This document shows, piece after piece, positions 53,832 to 64,000 of a stretch of 64,000 nt of DNA. The translations under genes were made by a program, and so were the position numbers. Location of the stretch: contig OZ024743.1 in assembly GCA_964016885.1 (NCBI GenBank), positions 242,854,001 through 242,918,000 of the forward strand, in the 5' to 3' direction. The notes under the pieces are model-generated. The model did no database searches, was not told the origin of the DNA, and saw nothing but the letters and a program-made list of their open reading frames with translations. This DNA comes from Eledone cirrhosa (lineage: Eukaryota). Position 1 is the stretch's first letter. Every line of letters starts with the position of its first letter.

Positions 53832-54267
53832 TTTTTCAAACTTTACACATGTAATACTTATGTTTCAGGGAGTGTTCTGAGCAAAAAAAATTTCAAATTT
53901 TCAATGCCCTAAGGACCGCATTGGGTGATTTAGCGATCTCTCTCTCTACGATTCTTAGTCTTTCTCTTTTTAGATAGATACATACATATAATGTCGCGCC
54001 CTTATAATATCTGTCTGTATGTCTGGCTGTCTGTTGCCTCCGATTATTCTGCCACCCTTGCTCAAGACAAATCTCACACTCATTCCCCAAACAGTTGGTA
54101 AGTGCACACAACTTCTTCCTCACGTTTTAAGCCACAGTGTTGCTTACTTACGTACCACCAGACCCTTACTTCTTTGCCAGCCTTGGTTGTGGCAATACTA
54201 AGCTTAGTTAAGGCGGTTATATATTTCACAAAACCTTATCTCGTGCAACGCCAGGTACCACTGCTAG
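53832..54267 (+). mobile_element. 5'-truncated Helitron-like copy at the position of the missing RT core of the Naiad element
   Basis: 53832-54030 matches 52322-52520; ends CGTGCAACGCCAGGTACCACTGCTAG|T. Confidence 0.75.
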
Positions 54268-55954
54268 TACTAGATATAAAACTGAAGGTAATAATCATAA
54301 GAATACACTTATTAGTAACAAAAATAAAAAGAATAGAAGGCTTAATTCATAATTTAATCCACCCTTCAATTTAAATGTTTCTACTAATATACCTAGAGTA
54401 TTCTTCTCTATTATTGAAAAACGTTTCCCACTTGATCACAAATATCATAATTTAATTAATAAAAATACCATTAAAATCTCTTACTCTGCCACACCTAACA
54501 TTGCTAATCTTATAGTGAGTAGTAATAACAAGAAAATTAGAAAATATTTTTCTTCTTGTAACTTAGATAACAATTCACAACCAGTTGATATGCTTAGCAA
54601 TATTGTACCTAATAATTTTAGTAACCACTCTCATAATACATTATTTTTTAGGACTTATAGGAGTAATAATAGCAATTATAGCACTCATATATCTAATAAC
54701 TCTTCACGCCTTTATCCTCAAAACCACTTAATCAATAGCTATAATTGTAATTGTAGGCCTAATAATGTATGCCCTCTTAATAGAAACTGCCTTGTTAAGA
54801 ATATTATTTAATCCTGCACTGTCATAACTTCTACCAACTCCAAAACCTATATGGGTTCTACTTCGAATAGTTTTAAGACGAGGCATAATTCCCATCTTTA
54901 TACTTTTAAGAACTCTAAGCTTAAGAATGCAACTTCTTTATCTAATTTCGTATCATTTCTGAAGAGTAATAATACACCTTAAACCCTGACATGGAATGTG
55001 ATTGCAAAAACGTCTCCTTATAAACTCCCCAATAAATTCTGTAACCTTTGCCTTCTTGAGTCCCATACTATTATTTATTCTAAATTAAATTTAAATAGGA
55101 AGTCTGATGTTTCCACTTGTCCTCATATTAATCACCATTCTTTTTACTATTTTAAACCTAGTAACTAACTTATACGAATGTAGATTTATCTATATATATT
55201 TTTTAAAAGTAATTTTAGTATCATTACATGCTTATATCATCCCTATTCTGATCCCTTCAATTTTGTTTACAATTTATTATAACCACCCCATCACATTTAG
55301 GAATCTAATTATATTATTATATTATTTTACTATATTTAATAAGCCCCACTTTTATCTGAATTTATTTTTACTTTGCCTCAATCTCAATTTTTTCAGTCGT
55401 ATACCTTCAATACCTTTATAATTTATTAAATATTTAATTAATTAGTATAATTTTTTTATCTTTAGATAATATTTAAAACTTTTTTATTCTTTTTTATCCT
55501 TCGGTATTATTTAGAATATGTATATCATTTTTTTTAATAATACACAGCATTTTAGTATACATTGATAAATTATTTCATTTGTATTTTGTAATATATTATT
55601 TCTTTAAATTATTGTTAAATAATTTTTAAGATAATTCTTTAGTTCTATAATCATTAGCCCTAATAATTTCTTTATGTTATTACACCTTGACTTACTAAAT
55701 AAATAAATATTTACTTTCCATTTAATAATTTGTAACTCTCCTATAAAAATATTTATGAATTACCTCCCTATTATTCTTAATTTTCTATCAACCGTTAGCT
55801 GACGATAATTTTTCAAACTCTATGTTAAGATGGAGTTATTTATGCTTAGTATTCAAATATGTGATGCTTTTTTCCAATGATAGCAATTATTCTATATTGG
55901 ATTTTACTTTGCTGATTATATTTACTCAACATTAATTCCTTTGAATGGTTTGAT

Positions 55955-56128
55955 TAATAATTGTTTCTACTTTTGGCACAAGGCCAGCAATTATCCCAGT
56001 ACATTACTGGTACTTTATTTTATCGACCGCCATAAGGATGAAAGGCAAAGTTAACCTCAGCGGGATTTGAACTCAGAATGGCAAGGGCCATAACTCTATG
56101 CGTCAAATCCCCTACCGATACTGCCAAT
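55955..56128 (-). mobile_element. SINE family A inserted in the Naiad 3' UTR
   Basis: Core and tail. Confidence 0.85.
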
Positions 56129-56529
56129 TTTAACCTATATTTGATGTTTATTTTGCTGACTTCACTCAGCCAACATTATTACCTTTGAAAAATAATAGTT
56201 TATCTTTATGACTGAAAGACGCAGTCAAACTTTTTATTAAAATATATTTTGGAGATGTATTTTTATATTCTTAAATTTATATTTGAACTGCACACCTGCT
56301 CTTATTAACTTTATAAACTTTTGTAATGCTTATGATATATGTTTATTTACTAATTATGATATATATCCTGCACTATACTTAACTTCTTTATAGCAGCATG
56401 TTTCTCTATAACAGCATGTTTTAAACATTTTTAATGCTTTTAGCTGCTCCTAATTTTATTTTTTGCATTTATATGCTCATATCTTTGACAAACTTCTGAT
56501 ATTATATTTGTGTTTTAACCTTTACTATA

Positions 56530-56576
56530 TACTCCGATGATTCCGGCCTTGTGCTTGGATGAAACGATCGTAAGTG
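56530..56576 (+). ncRNA. Minimal hammerhead ribozyme (predicted; CCGATGA core variant) in the Naiad pLTR
   Basis: tact-CCGATGA-tTCC..GGAt-GAAA-C-gatc-G-TA-agtg. Confidence 0.68.
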
Positions 56577-56789
56577 ATTAAATGTTCTAAAATACTCTTT
56601 GATTGTTATTTATAAAGTATTTCAGCTCTGTAATATACTTGTTATTTTACATTGAGCTATTCTCATACTTGTAATTGGATAATATTTAATATTACCCACA
56701 TTTTATATATATATTCTAGCATAATAGCTAGAATAAGAATAAGATGGGAAAAGTACAGAGTTACTATCTCTCTCTTAACAAAAAAAAGG

Positions 56790-57195
56790 TTTCTCCCTAT
56801 GAAGTGTGGTGCTTATGCGTGATGCTGCATGATAGTGAGACATGGGCAGTGAATGCTGGAGAGAAATGAAGCAAACATGCTTCGATGGATATGCAATATT
56901 AATGTGTGTGAACCATGAAGCATAGATGAACGGAGAGAAAAACTGGGTATTAGAAGAATCAAATGTAGTGTGTAAATGAGAAGACTGCACTGGTATAGAC
57001 ATGTGATGCATATGTATGATGATCACTGGGTGAAGAAATGCCAAGAAATCGCAGTAGAAGGTAGCCACAGTAGAGGAAAACCAATGAAGTTATGGACGGA
57101 AATGGTGAAAGCTGATCTTAAATCTCTGAAGCTCAAAACAACCCATCTAACCCATGCAAGCATGGAAAGGCAGATGTCAAATAGAGATGATGATT
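56790..57195 (+). mobile_element. RTE LINE 3' fragment
   Basis: RRLHWYRHVMHM..V.G..SRGKPMKLW motif and RTE-like tail. Confidence 0.75.
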
Positions 57196-57554
57196 TGATA
57201 TATATACATAAGGATAAAGGAAAATACTCCAGGGAAATACTCTGAATTCTAAATACACATATAATGAGTTGAAATAAATTAACTGAGATTAACCTTCCAA
57301 TTAGAAGACACTACTCCTTCATTCCAGGTGTTTACAATTTAAACATAACAACTAAAATGATATGAGTGCAAATTTTTGGCAAAGAAAGATACTGCAGTCA
57401 GAAGTGTAACATGTCTTTAAAGCTATAAACATGTTTCTACTTAATTAAAGCGCCTTGGTAAAACATAGCAGCGTCTGTATTCTTGAAAACCAACTCCTTA
57501 CCAACAGCCATCATATAACTATCTATTACTCTTTCTTTCTTCCTCATTACATAC

Positions 57555-57778
57555 AGTTTTAATTGATAAAATAAGTACCAGTCATATAATGTGGGACAGT
57601 CACAGGTTTAATTGATGAAGTAAGTACCAGTCATATGTTGAGGGATAGTCTCAGTTTTAATTGATAAAATAAGTAGCAGTCATATAATGTGGGACAGTCT
57701 CAGGTTTAATTGATAAAATAAAGTACCAGGCATATGAGAGACTCTCAGGTTTAATCAAAATAAGTACCAGTCATATAC
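57555..57778. repeat. ~50-bp tandem repeat (~4.5 copies) resembling the SINE core
   Basis: TTTAATTGATAAAATAAGTACCAGTCATAT repeated. Confidence 0.7.
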
Positions 57779-58220
57779 TTAGTAATCTACAGTTTAGTTA
57801 AGATGGCCTACAAAGATTCGCTGCGTGCCCAGTAAAAATATTTTAAAAGAAAAATATCCTCAACTCAGCAGAATGAATCTATATTACTACAGTAATTAAA
57901 GAGCAATTAGTAACCACTGATTGATGATAATGAATTGAGTTGAGTCAAAGAGGGAGAGAGGGATAGAGTGCGAGTGGGAGTGAAAAGAGTGGGATAGAGG
58001 AAGAGTTGGAGAGAGAAAGAAGGAGAGGGGGTTATATTATTTTGATAGGTAGGAAGTCAAAAGAATGAAAGAGCTTAAGTAAGATGGGAGGGGTTAAGGG
58101 GATAAAACTGTGAATTAAGTTGAGATACAAACAGTTGACAAATAGATGTTACACACGGAACCAGTGAAGATATATATATATATATATATATGTGTGTGTA
58201 TATATGTGTGTGTAAGTATG

Positions 58221-58252
<32 letters not shown>

Positions 58253-58746
58253 CATATACATGTATATATATATATACATACACATATACATATACATATG
58301 TATGTATGGGTTATATCGAACATTAATAATTTATTTATATATATATCTTCACTGGTTTCGTGTGTAACAACTATATATATATATATATATACACACACAC
58401 GCAGGCTGTTTCCAAAAAATGTATACACAAAGGATGTGCATTCTAATAAATATTGCCTGTACAGGTAATCAAAGTGTGTATATATTTTTGGGGTACACCC
58501 TGTATATATATATTCAAACAGTAGACACTTAGAGAAATATATTTATAGTAACTAAAATATAATATATATTTAGATAAAACAAACAAAAAGGGAAAAAAGA
58601 AAATTAAGCAAAGAAGGAAAGGAGGATGGGCTGGAGGGGGGGACCGACTCTATACCCCAGTCTGAGCAGTGATTTGGTTGTGTAACACAGAATGGTGAAG
58701 GCATTGCTACTGAGAATGGCCAGTGACAAATAATTGACAAGGTGTC

Positions 58747-58786
<40 letters not shown>

Positions 58787-58959
58787 GAGAGAGAAACAGT
58801 TGTTAGACACCAAAAACAGTGAAGAGAGGGAGAGTTGATGAAATATATAAAGAGACAGAGAGAGAAAAACACAGACAAACAGAGAGAGAAAAAGAGAAAA
58901 AAATCAATGAAAAATAAAGAGATAAAGAGAGATAGACAAACAGTCAGACGTGATAACAG

Positions 58960-59680
58960 AGACTATGCAGATGTTCAACATGACCTCAGACAGGCTGGTG
59001 TGCCAGCTTGACCAACACTATCTGGCATGTTTCCCTCAGCCTCCCAACCCCACAGTGGTGCTTGCGCAGCATCGGTGTTTCTCTGAGGCTTGGCCTCAGG
59101 ATTTGCAAGCTTCACAAATCCCACTACAATTCCACTGTGGATTCTTTTGATCTTCACCCACTGTTGTGTTGTTATAATGCTGGCCGCCTCCCACACAATG
59201 CTGCTCTCAATGAGATCATAAAGCATGGCCTGGATGGTGCAGGCTTCCCTTCCCAGCTCGAGCCAGCAGGGCTGGACCGAGGGGATGACAGAAAGCCAGA
59301 CAGCATGACAACCTTCTCGTTCCGCAGAGGTAGGATGCTCATTTGGGATGCTACATGTGACATCTTCTCTAGCGGCGACCTGGTGCGTTCAGCTACCAGC
59401 CAGGCTTCACTGCCCACCAAACCAAGAGGGCAAACTGTCAAAGTATCGGCCGTTCTCTGATAAGTTTGCAGTTTGTAGCAATGAAGACTTCTGGCATTCT
59501 TGGCCGCCGGACCACATCATGGCTCACTACTATCAGAGCGGCGGAGTTGGCTGCTTGCAGGTATGAACCCTGTGAGCTGGAGTGGCTGTTCCAGAGAATC
59601 TCCCTTGCCATCCTCTGGGGCAATGTCATCTCCATCCCGTCAACTGGGACCATGAAGCAGACGACATATAAGGGCAGAAG
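58960..59680 (+). mobile_element. CRE-clade non-LTR element 3' fragment (zinc knuckle plus restriction-like endonuclease)
   Basis: H.L.C..AGR...AALNEIIKHGLDGAGFPSQLEPAGLDRGDDRKPD..LIWDATC; KY; WLFQRISLAILWGN. Confidence 0.82.
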
Positions 59681-59798
59681 TAGGGTGGCAGTCTTCAGAT
59701 GAAAGGGTTAATAATGCTCCCACACGTGAGAAACGTAAGAGAAAAACAAAGAGTGTTTGTGTTGGTATGTGTGTGTATCTACATATATATGTATACAA

Positions 59799-59992
59799 TA
59801 GGAAAAAGTATGACCCCGACGGCAGAGCTCAAGCCGTTTCGACGGCTATTTCAGTCCAGAAATAGCCGTCGAAACGGCTTGAGCTCTGCCGTCAGGGTCA
59901 TACTTTTTCCTATTACCCACTCTACTACCCTAAGTATTGAGTACTCTGGTGCGTTATGGTCCATCTGGTTCCTTACAACAACTCCTTCGTTA
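59799..59992 (+). mobile_element. pLTR-like repeat with leading palindrome (homologue of 30499-30695)
   Basis: Palindrome 59799-59913; same downstream TATTACCCACTCTACTACCCTAAGTATTGAGTACT. Confidence 0.65.
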
Positions 59993-60019
59993 TATATGTA
60001 TACATATATATATATGTGT

Positions 60020-61043
60020 GTCTGATGGTAGCTAAGATGCTTCAATAGGCGGTATGCCGGTTGAGCACTCTATGTTCTTACAGAGCAGAGTGTGATATAA
60101 TATAAAACGAAAAATCAGTGATGCATCTGAACTCAATTTATTGTGTGTTACAATTGTTTCGCCAGCAGACAGCTCGAGACACGATCATTGTGTGGATCTG
60201 TCTGATTCTGGATCTGCAGGTTCGTCGGACACTTCTAATAATTTCAGATCAAATTTTCTCACTGAGGTGTTAGCGTCAAAAAACATTCTCTTCGCTCGTC
60301 CTGCTATTGGTTGTTGTTTTTCTACGTCATCATAAATTTTGACCAACAGGTACTGTCAAACTGACCATCAGCTGTCCTTTTTCCTGTCACACTTCAATGA
60401 ATCCCTGCTGGGTTTGGTAGTTCACACGTCCACGAGCGCACTCACACACATATATATATACATACTCACACACACACACACACACACAATCATATAAATA
60501 ATATCTGTACGCATATACTCCCGCTATACATACGCACCTAAAGAGAACCAATAAAGCTATAGACATACGCGTCTACAGACGCCTGCCTACATGCCCACGT
60601 ACATCAACTCACACACACACACACACGCACATGCACACAGGCGCACACACATGCATACACGTATATCTACTCGTATACACAAACACGTACAGACATATAC
60701 ATAGACACGCACACGCACATACACACACGTGTCCATATATACAGGCACAAAAACAGACTCACTCGCAAACTCACATATATATGTATATGTGTATATATAC
60801 ATATATATACACACATGATGACGGAGAAAAACAACAGCCAATAGCAGGACGAGCGAAGAGAATGTTTTTTGACGCTAACACCTCAGTGAGAAAATTTAAT
60901 CTGAAGTCATTAGAAGTGTCCGACGAACCTGCAGATCCAGAATCAGACAGATCCACACAATGATCCTGTCTCAAGCTGTCTGCCGGCGAAACAATTGTAA
61001 CACACAATAAATTGAGTTCAGATGCATCACTGATTTTTCGTTT

Positions 61044-61050
<7 letters not shown>
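60020..61050. mobile_element. pLTR-like element with ~230-bp inverted arms (60098-60333 / 60815-61050), each carrying an HHR fold
   Basis: Arms are reverse complements; HHR at 60145-60232 (-) and 60916-61003 (+): gtgt-CCGACGA-aCC.GCAGA...TCTGC.GGc-GAAA-C-aatt-G-TA-acac. Confidence 0.72.
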
Positions 61051-61070
<20 letters not shown>

Positions 61071-61079
<9 letters not shown>

Positions 61080-61310
61080 TAAAATAACAGATTAAAGTTT
61101 AAGCAAAAAATCGCTGCTTTCACCCTTAACGGGATCTTCTGAAACTTGTTTCAGAAGATCCCGTTAAGGGTGAAAGCAGCGATTCTTTGCTTAAACTTTA
61201 ATCTGTTATTTTAATAAATATTTGCTCTACGGTTCTTATATATCTGATATATATATTATCCTTATCGAGCCCTCTTTGGATTTTAGTCTTCAAATTTATT
61301 ATTATTACTA
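61071..61310 (+). mobile_element. pLTR-like repeat with ~150-bp leading palindrome and HHR-like remnant
   Basis: Palindrome 61071-61221; CAGAAGA-tCCCgttaaGGGt-GAAA; 61218-61310 matches the reverse complement of 27590-27680. Confidence 0.6.
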
Positions 61311-61352
61311 TATATATACATATATATATATACACATTCACACACACACACA

Positions 61353-61960
61353 TCTATATATATAAAGTTGTAGTTCCTGACTGTTTGTTTGTTCATGAAC
61401 TCCTCCTATGGTTTTGGAGATAGACCCCCATAACCATATATATTCTGCAACTACATTGCTCAGGGTACTTGGATAAGTATATTTCATTTTAATCAAAGGG
61501 TTCCCGGGGCACAAACTCCCGCTTGCCTCTGCTGAAAATCTTTTCCCTTCGATTTATATGAAATTTAAACCATAGGTAAATGACAAGATATGATACCTAT
61601 TCAGCAAATTTCAATAATATTGAGACACCCTAATGGGGTTAAACCCCCTATAGTGAACATTTTGGAAGCCGATAACTTGAGTATTGGAACCTCTATTATC
61701 ATGGGGGTTTTCTATTAATTAAATGTAAATCAACAAAAAAAGCACCTCTCTTTTATAGTAAAATTTGGCTAATTTAGACATTTTATCTATGCAAAACATC
61801 ACGAGAATTATGACAACAAAAATCATTAGTTAATGCCTCTACTTTTTTAACATTTTCCCTTTATTTTTTCTCCATAAATTATATCACTGATTTAAAATCA
61901 ATCATCATTTTCTTACAAAAAAATGTGTGAAACGCAGCAAGGCGCAGGTAATTCAGCTAG
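61353..61960 (+). mobile_element. Non-autonomous Helitron-like element
   Basis: A|TCTATATATATAAAG...(GTTT)n start; end GCAAGGCGCAGGTAATTCAGCTAG|T. Confidence 0.7.
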
Positions 61961-61965
61961 TACAT

Positions 61966-62030
<65 letters not shown>

Positions 62031-62113
62031 ACAGTCAAGACACGACAGTTCAGCTCAGCCGTCTGAGTACCTTAATTACTGTGGTTACCCCCGATTGAAC
62101 CCGGGACTCACAC

Positions 62114-62154
<41 letters not shown>

Positions 62155-62155
<1 letters not shown>

Positions 62156-62594
62156 GGCGGTACTCAGTAACAGAGAAGACCCGCCTTACCTAAATATATA
62201 GTAAAACCTACTCCAGCCAGTAGGCATCTCTAACAAAATACACCCCGTCCCACCACCCCCACCCCCACCCGATCCACACCACCCCGTTCTATGTAAAGTT
62301 ATGTTGGTGCCGCGCCTTCGAGGCCGAAACAAATGAGATCGTGTAGGTGTCACGACAAAAAAACACACAGTCCACGCTGTAATGTGGCCGTGTAGGCAAC
62401 ACGGTAAAAACCTCCCAGACCCACACTGTAAATGTGGTTGGTGTTAGGAAGGGCATCCAACTGTAGAAAACCTGCCAGACAGTCCTATGCGAGCAAGACA
62501 ATCACTCTTGCCTCAAGTGGGACTACCCCTGTCCAAACCCATGCAAGCGTGGAACACGGACGTTAAACGTTGATGATGATGATGATGATGATGA
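62155..62594 (+). mobile_element. Family-C SINE-like/RTE composite repeat
   Basis: Colinear with 29925-30377. Confidence 0.7.
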
Positions 62595-62763
62595 TATATA
62601 AAATACAATATGTTGAAAGGGTAATACACTAGAGAGAGAGAGAGTGTGCCATCAATTACCCTTTCAACATATTGTATTTTAAAGACCTCAGGATTCCTTC
62701 TCCTTTGAGCACATAATTTACAGGGAATAACGAGGGTCTATGGCTCCGTTAATTTATCGTGAC

Positions 62764-62832
<69 letters not shown>

Positions 62833-62849
62833 TACACACACACACACAA

Positions 62850-63330
62850 TCACCATCAGTTTATGTCTATTTTCCATGATGGCATGCGTTGGACAGATTG
62901 TCATGATCCAAGACTGGGGAAGTCAGGGAACCACTCCATAGTCATACCTTCTGTTTTGGGCATGGTTTCTACAACCGAATGTCCTTTCTAACACCAACCA
63001 CTTTAAAGTATGCCAGAGATAAAGACTCCCTTCGGTCACGAATGACCATGGGATTTACACCTAGAAAGCTCTCCTCCGAGGTGCAAGTCCAGCAGTCGCC
63101 TATACATACCAGTCTCTCCTCTCCACGCCTCCGATGTTGTCCAAGGGAAAGGCAATGGCCGATACAGCTTGGCACCAGTGACATCGCAACTCATTTCTAC
63201 AGCTGAATGAACTGGAACAACATGAAATAAAGTGGCTTGCTCAAGAACACAATGCAGAGCCTGGTTGGAGAATCGAACTCACTATCTCACGATTGTAAGC
63301 TCGACGTTCTAACCAATAAGTCATGCGCCA
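62850..63330 (-). mobile_element. SINE family B long variant
   Basis: Minus-strand tRNA head at 63330-63270, CTTGAGCAAG core and RTE-like tail. Confidence 0.75.
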
Positions 63331-64000
63331 GTGATAACACCTTACAGAATGTACTTGGTGCAATTTCATTTTAAACAACATACTGGGTGCATTTTATCAT
63401 GGTACCAGTACAACTTTACAGAATGTACTTGCTGTATTTTATCGTGCAACCAGCATAACTACTTATTGATAGTGAGAAGGGAGTGGTGTTGTTAGTAGTG
63501 AGAAAGAGTGAGTAGTGATGGGTGGTAGTGAGAAGGAGTTTATAAAAATGAAGAAAAGTTAAGATGAACTAAGAGAGGTAGAAAGAGAGAGAGAAGTTGT
63601 CTAACCCATGCTAGTGTGGAAGATAGATGTTAAACGATGATGATGATGATGACAAGAGCAGAAGGAACACTGAAAGATGAAAAAGAAAGAAAGGGACAAT
63701 AGAGTTATCTATCCCCAGGTCAGGCTGGTACTACTATTAAGGTTAATTAGGCAACCCCCTAGGGTGTTGACCTCAGAAAGGTGCATTATTCAACCATAAA
63801 GGTTGTATACATTTGTTTAATCCAATTAAATATATAATAATTTCCTACCATCTTTAAATAAATCACTAAATATCTTTGCTGCATAGAAACATTGGGGAAA
63901 TATACAAAGTCGTGAGTAACGTCATATGATGTTATAATCTGTCACATAATTTGTGGTGGCTGAGTGTGGACTGTGTAGTGGAAAATGTGGGCCTAGTAAT

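Larger units (their letters stand above)
53520..56710 (+). mobile_element. Decayed Naiad-type Penelope-like element: RT N-terminal part, thumb/linker, GIY-YIG, long AT-rich 3' UTR, pLTR
   Basis: FTLKDHKEDFDTNPTVRLICPSKSDSGIISK (~53580-53672); W.NT..VI..F..KFIQFDINSYYTSIS (~53720-53828); FNPPF..VSTNI..HKYH.LINKNTIKISYS..PN (54350-54500); CNCR..CPL..NCL; II*..YMGST..FK.R..H; CNLCLLE (~55040-55060). Confidence 0.88.

Noticed and set aside
54740-55060. Selenocysteine-coding Naiad
   Set aside because: Conserved Cys positions use TGT/TGC, the stops seen are TAA, and no SECIS could be identified by eye
61150-61190. Functional HHR in the 61071-61221 palindrome
   Set aside because: Core reads CAGAAGA and no valid stem III/NUH/stem I pairing was found; kept only as a remnant

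Overview
This is an AT-rich, microsatellite-saturated eukaryotic window, most likely cephalopod (Octopus-like; inferred from the SINE families and the TA/CA/AAT/CAT repeats). I see no confidently identifiable host gene. Nearly all ORFs in the track are microsatellite artefacts or transposon debris. It contains a 5'-truncated Tx1/L1 LINE (14684-16872) plus a second 3' fragment, and decayed R4/Dong, RTE, CR1, CRE and mariner elements. There are about 25 tRNA-derived SINEs, several MITEs, five non-autonomous Helitron-like elements and several TE-derived satellites. The standout signal is a set of minimal type-I hammerhead ribozyme (HHR) folds at roughly a dozen loci, from several unrelated sequence families. 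Most lie in (TA)n tracts and many are arranged as inverted repeats or palindromes. Two of them sit in the 3' terminal repeats of Naiad-type Penelope-like retroelements (GIY-YIG at 29066-29403 and RT+GIY-YIG at 53560-55150). All folds and alignments were done by eye, so the boundaries of degraded elements are approximate.
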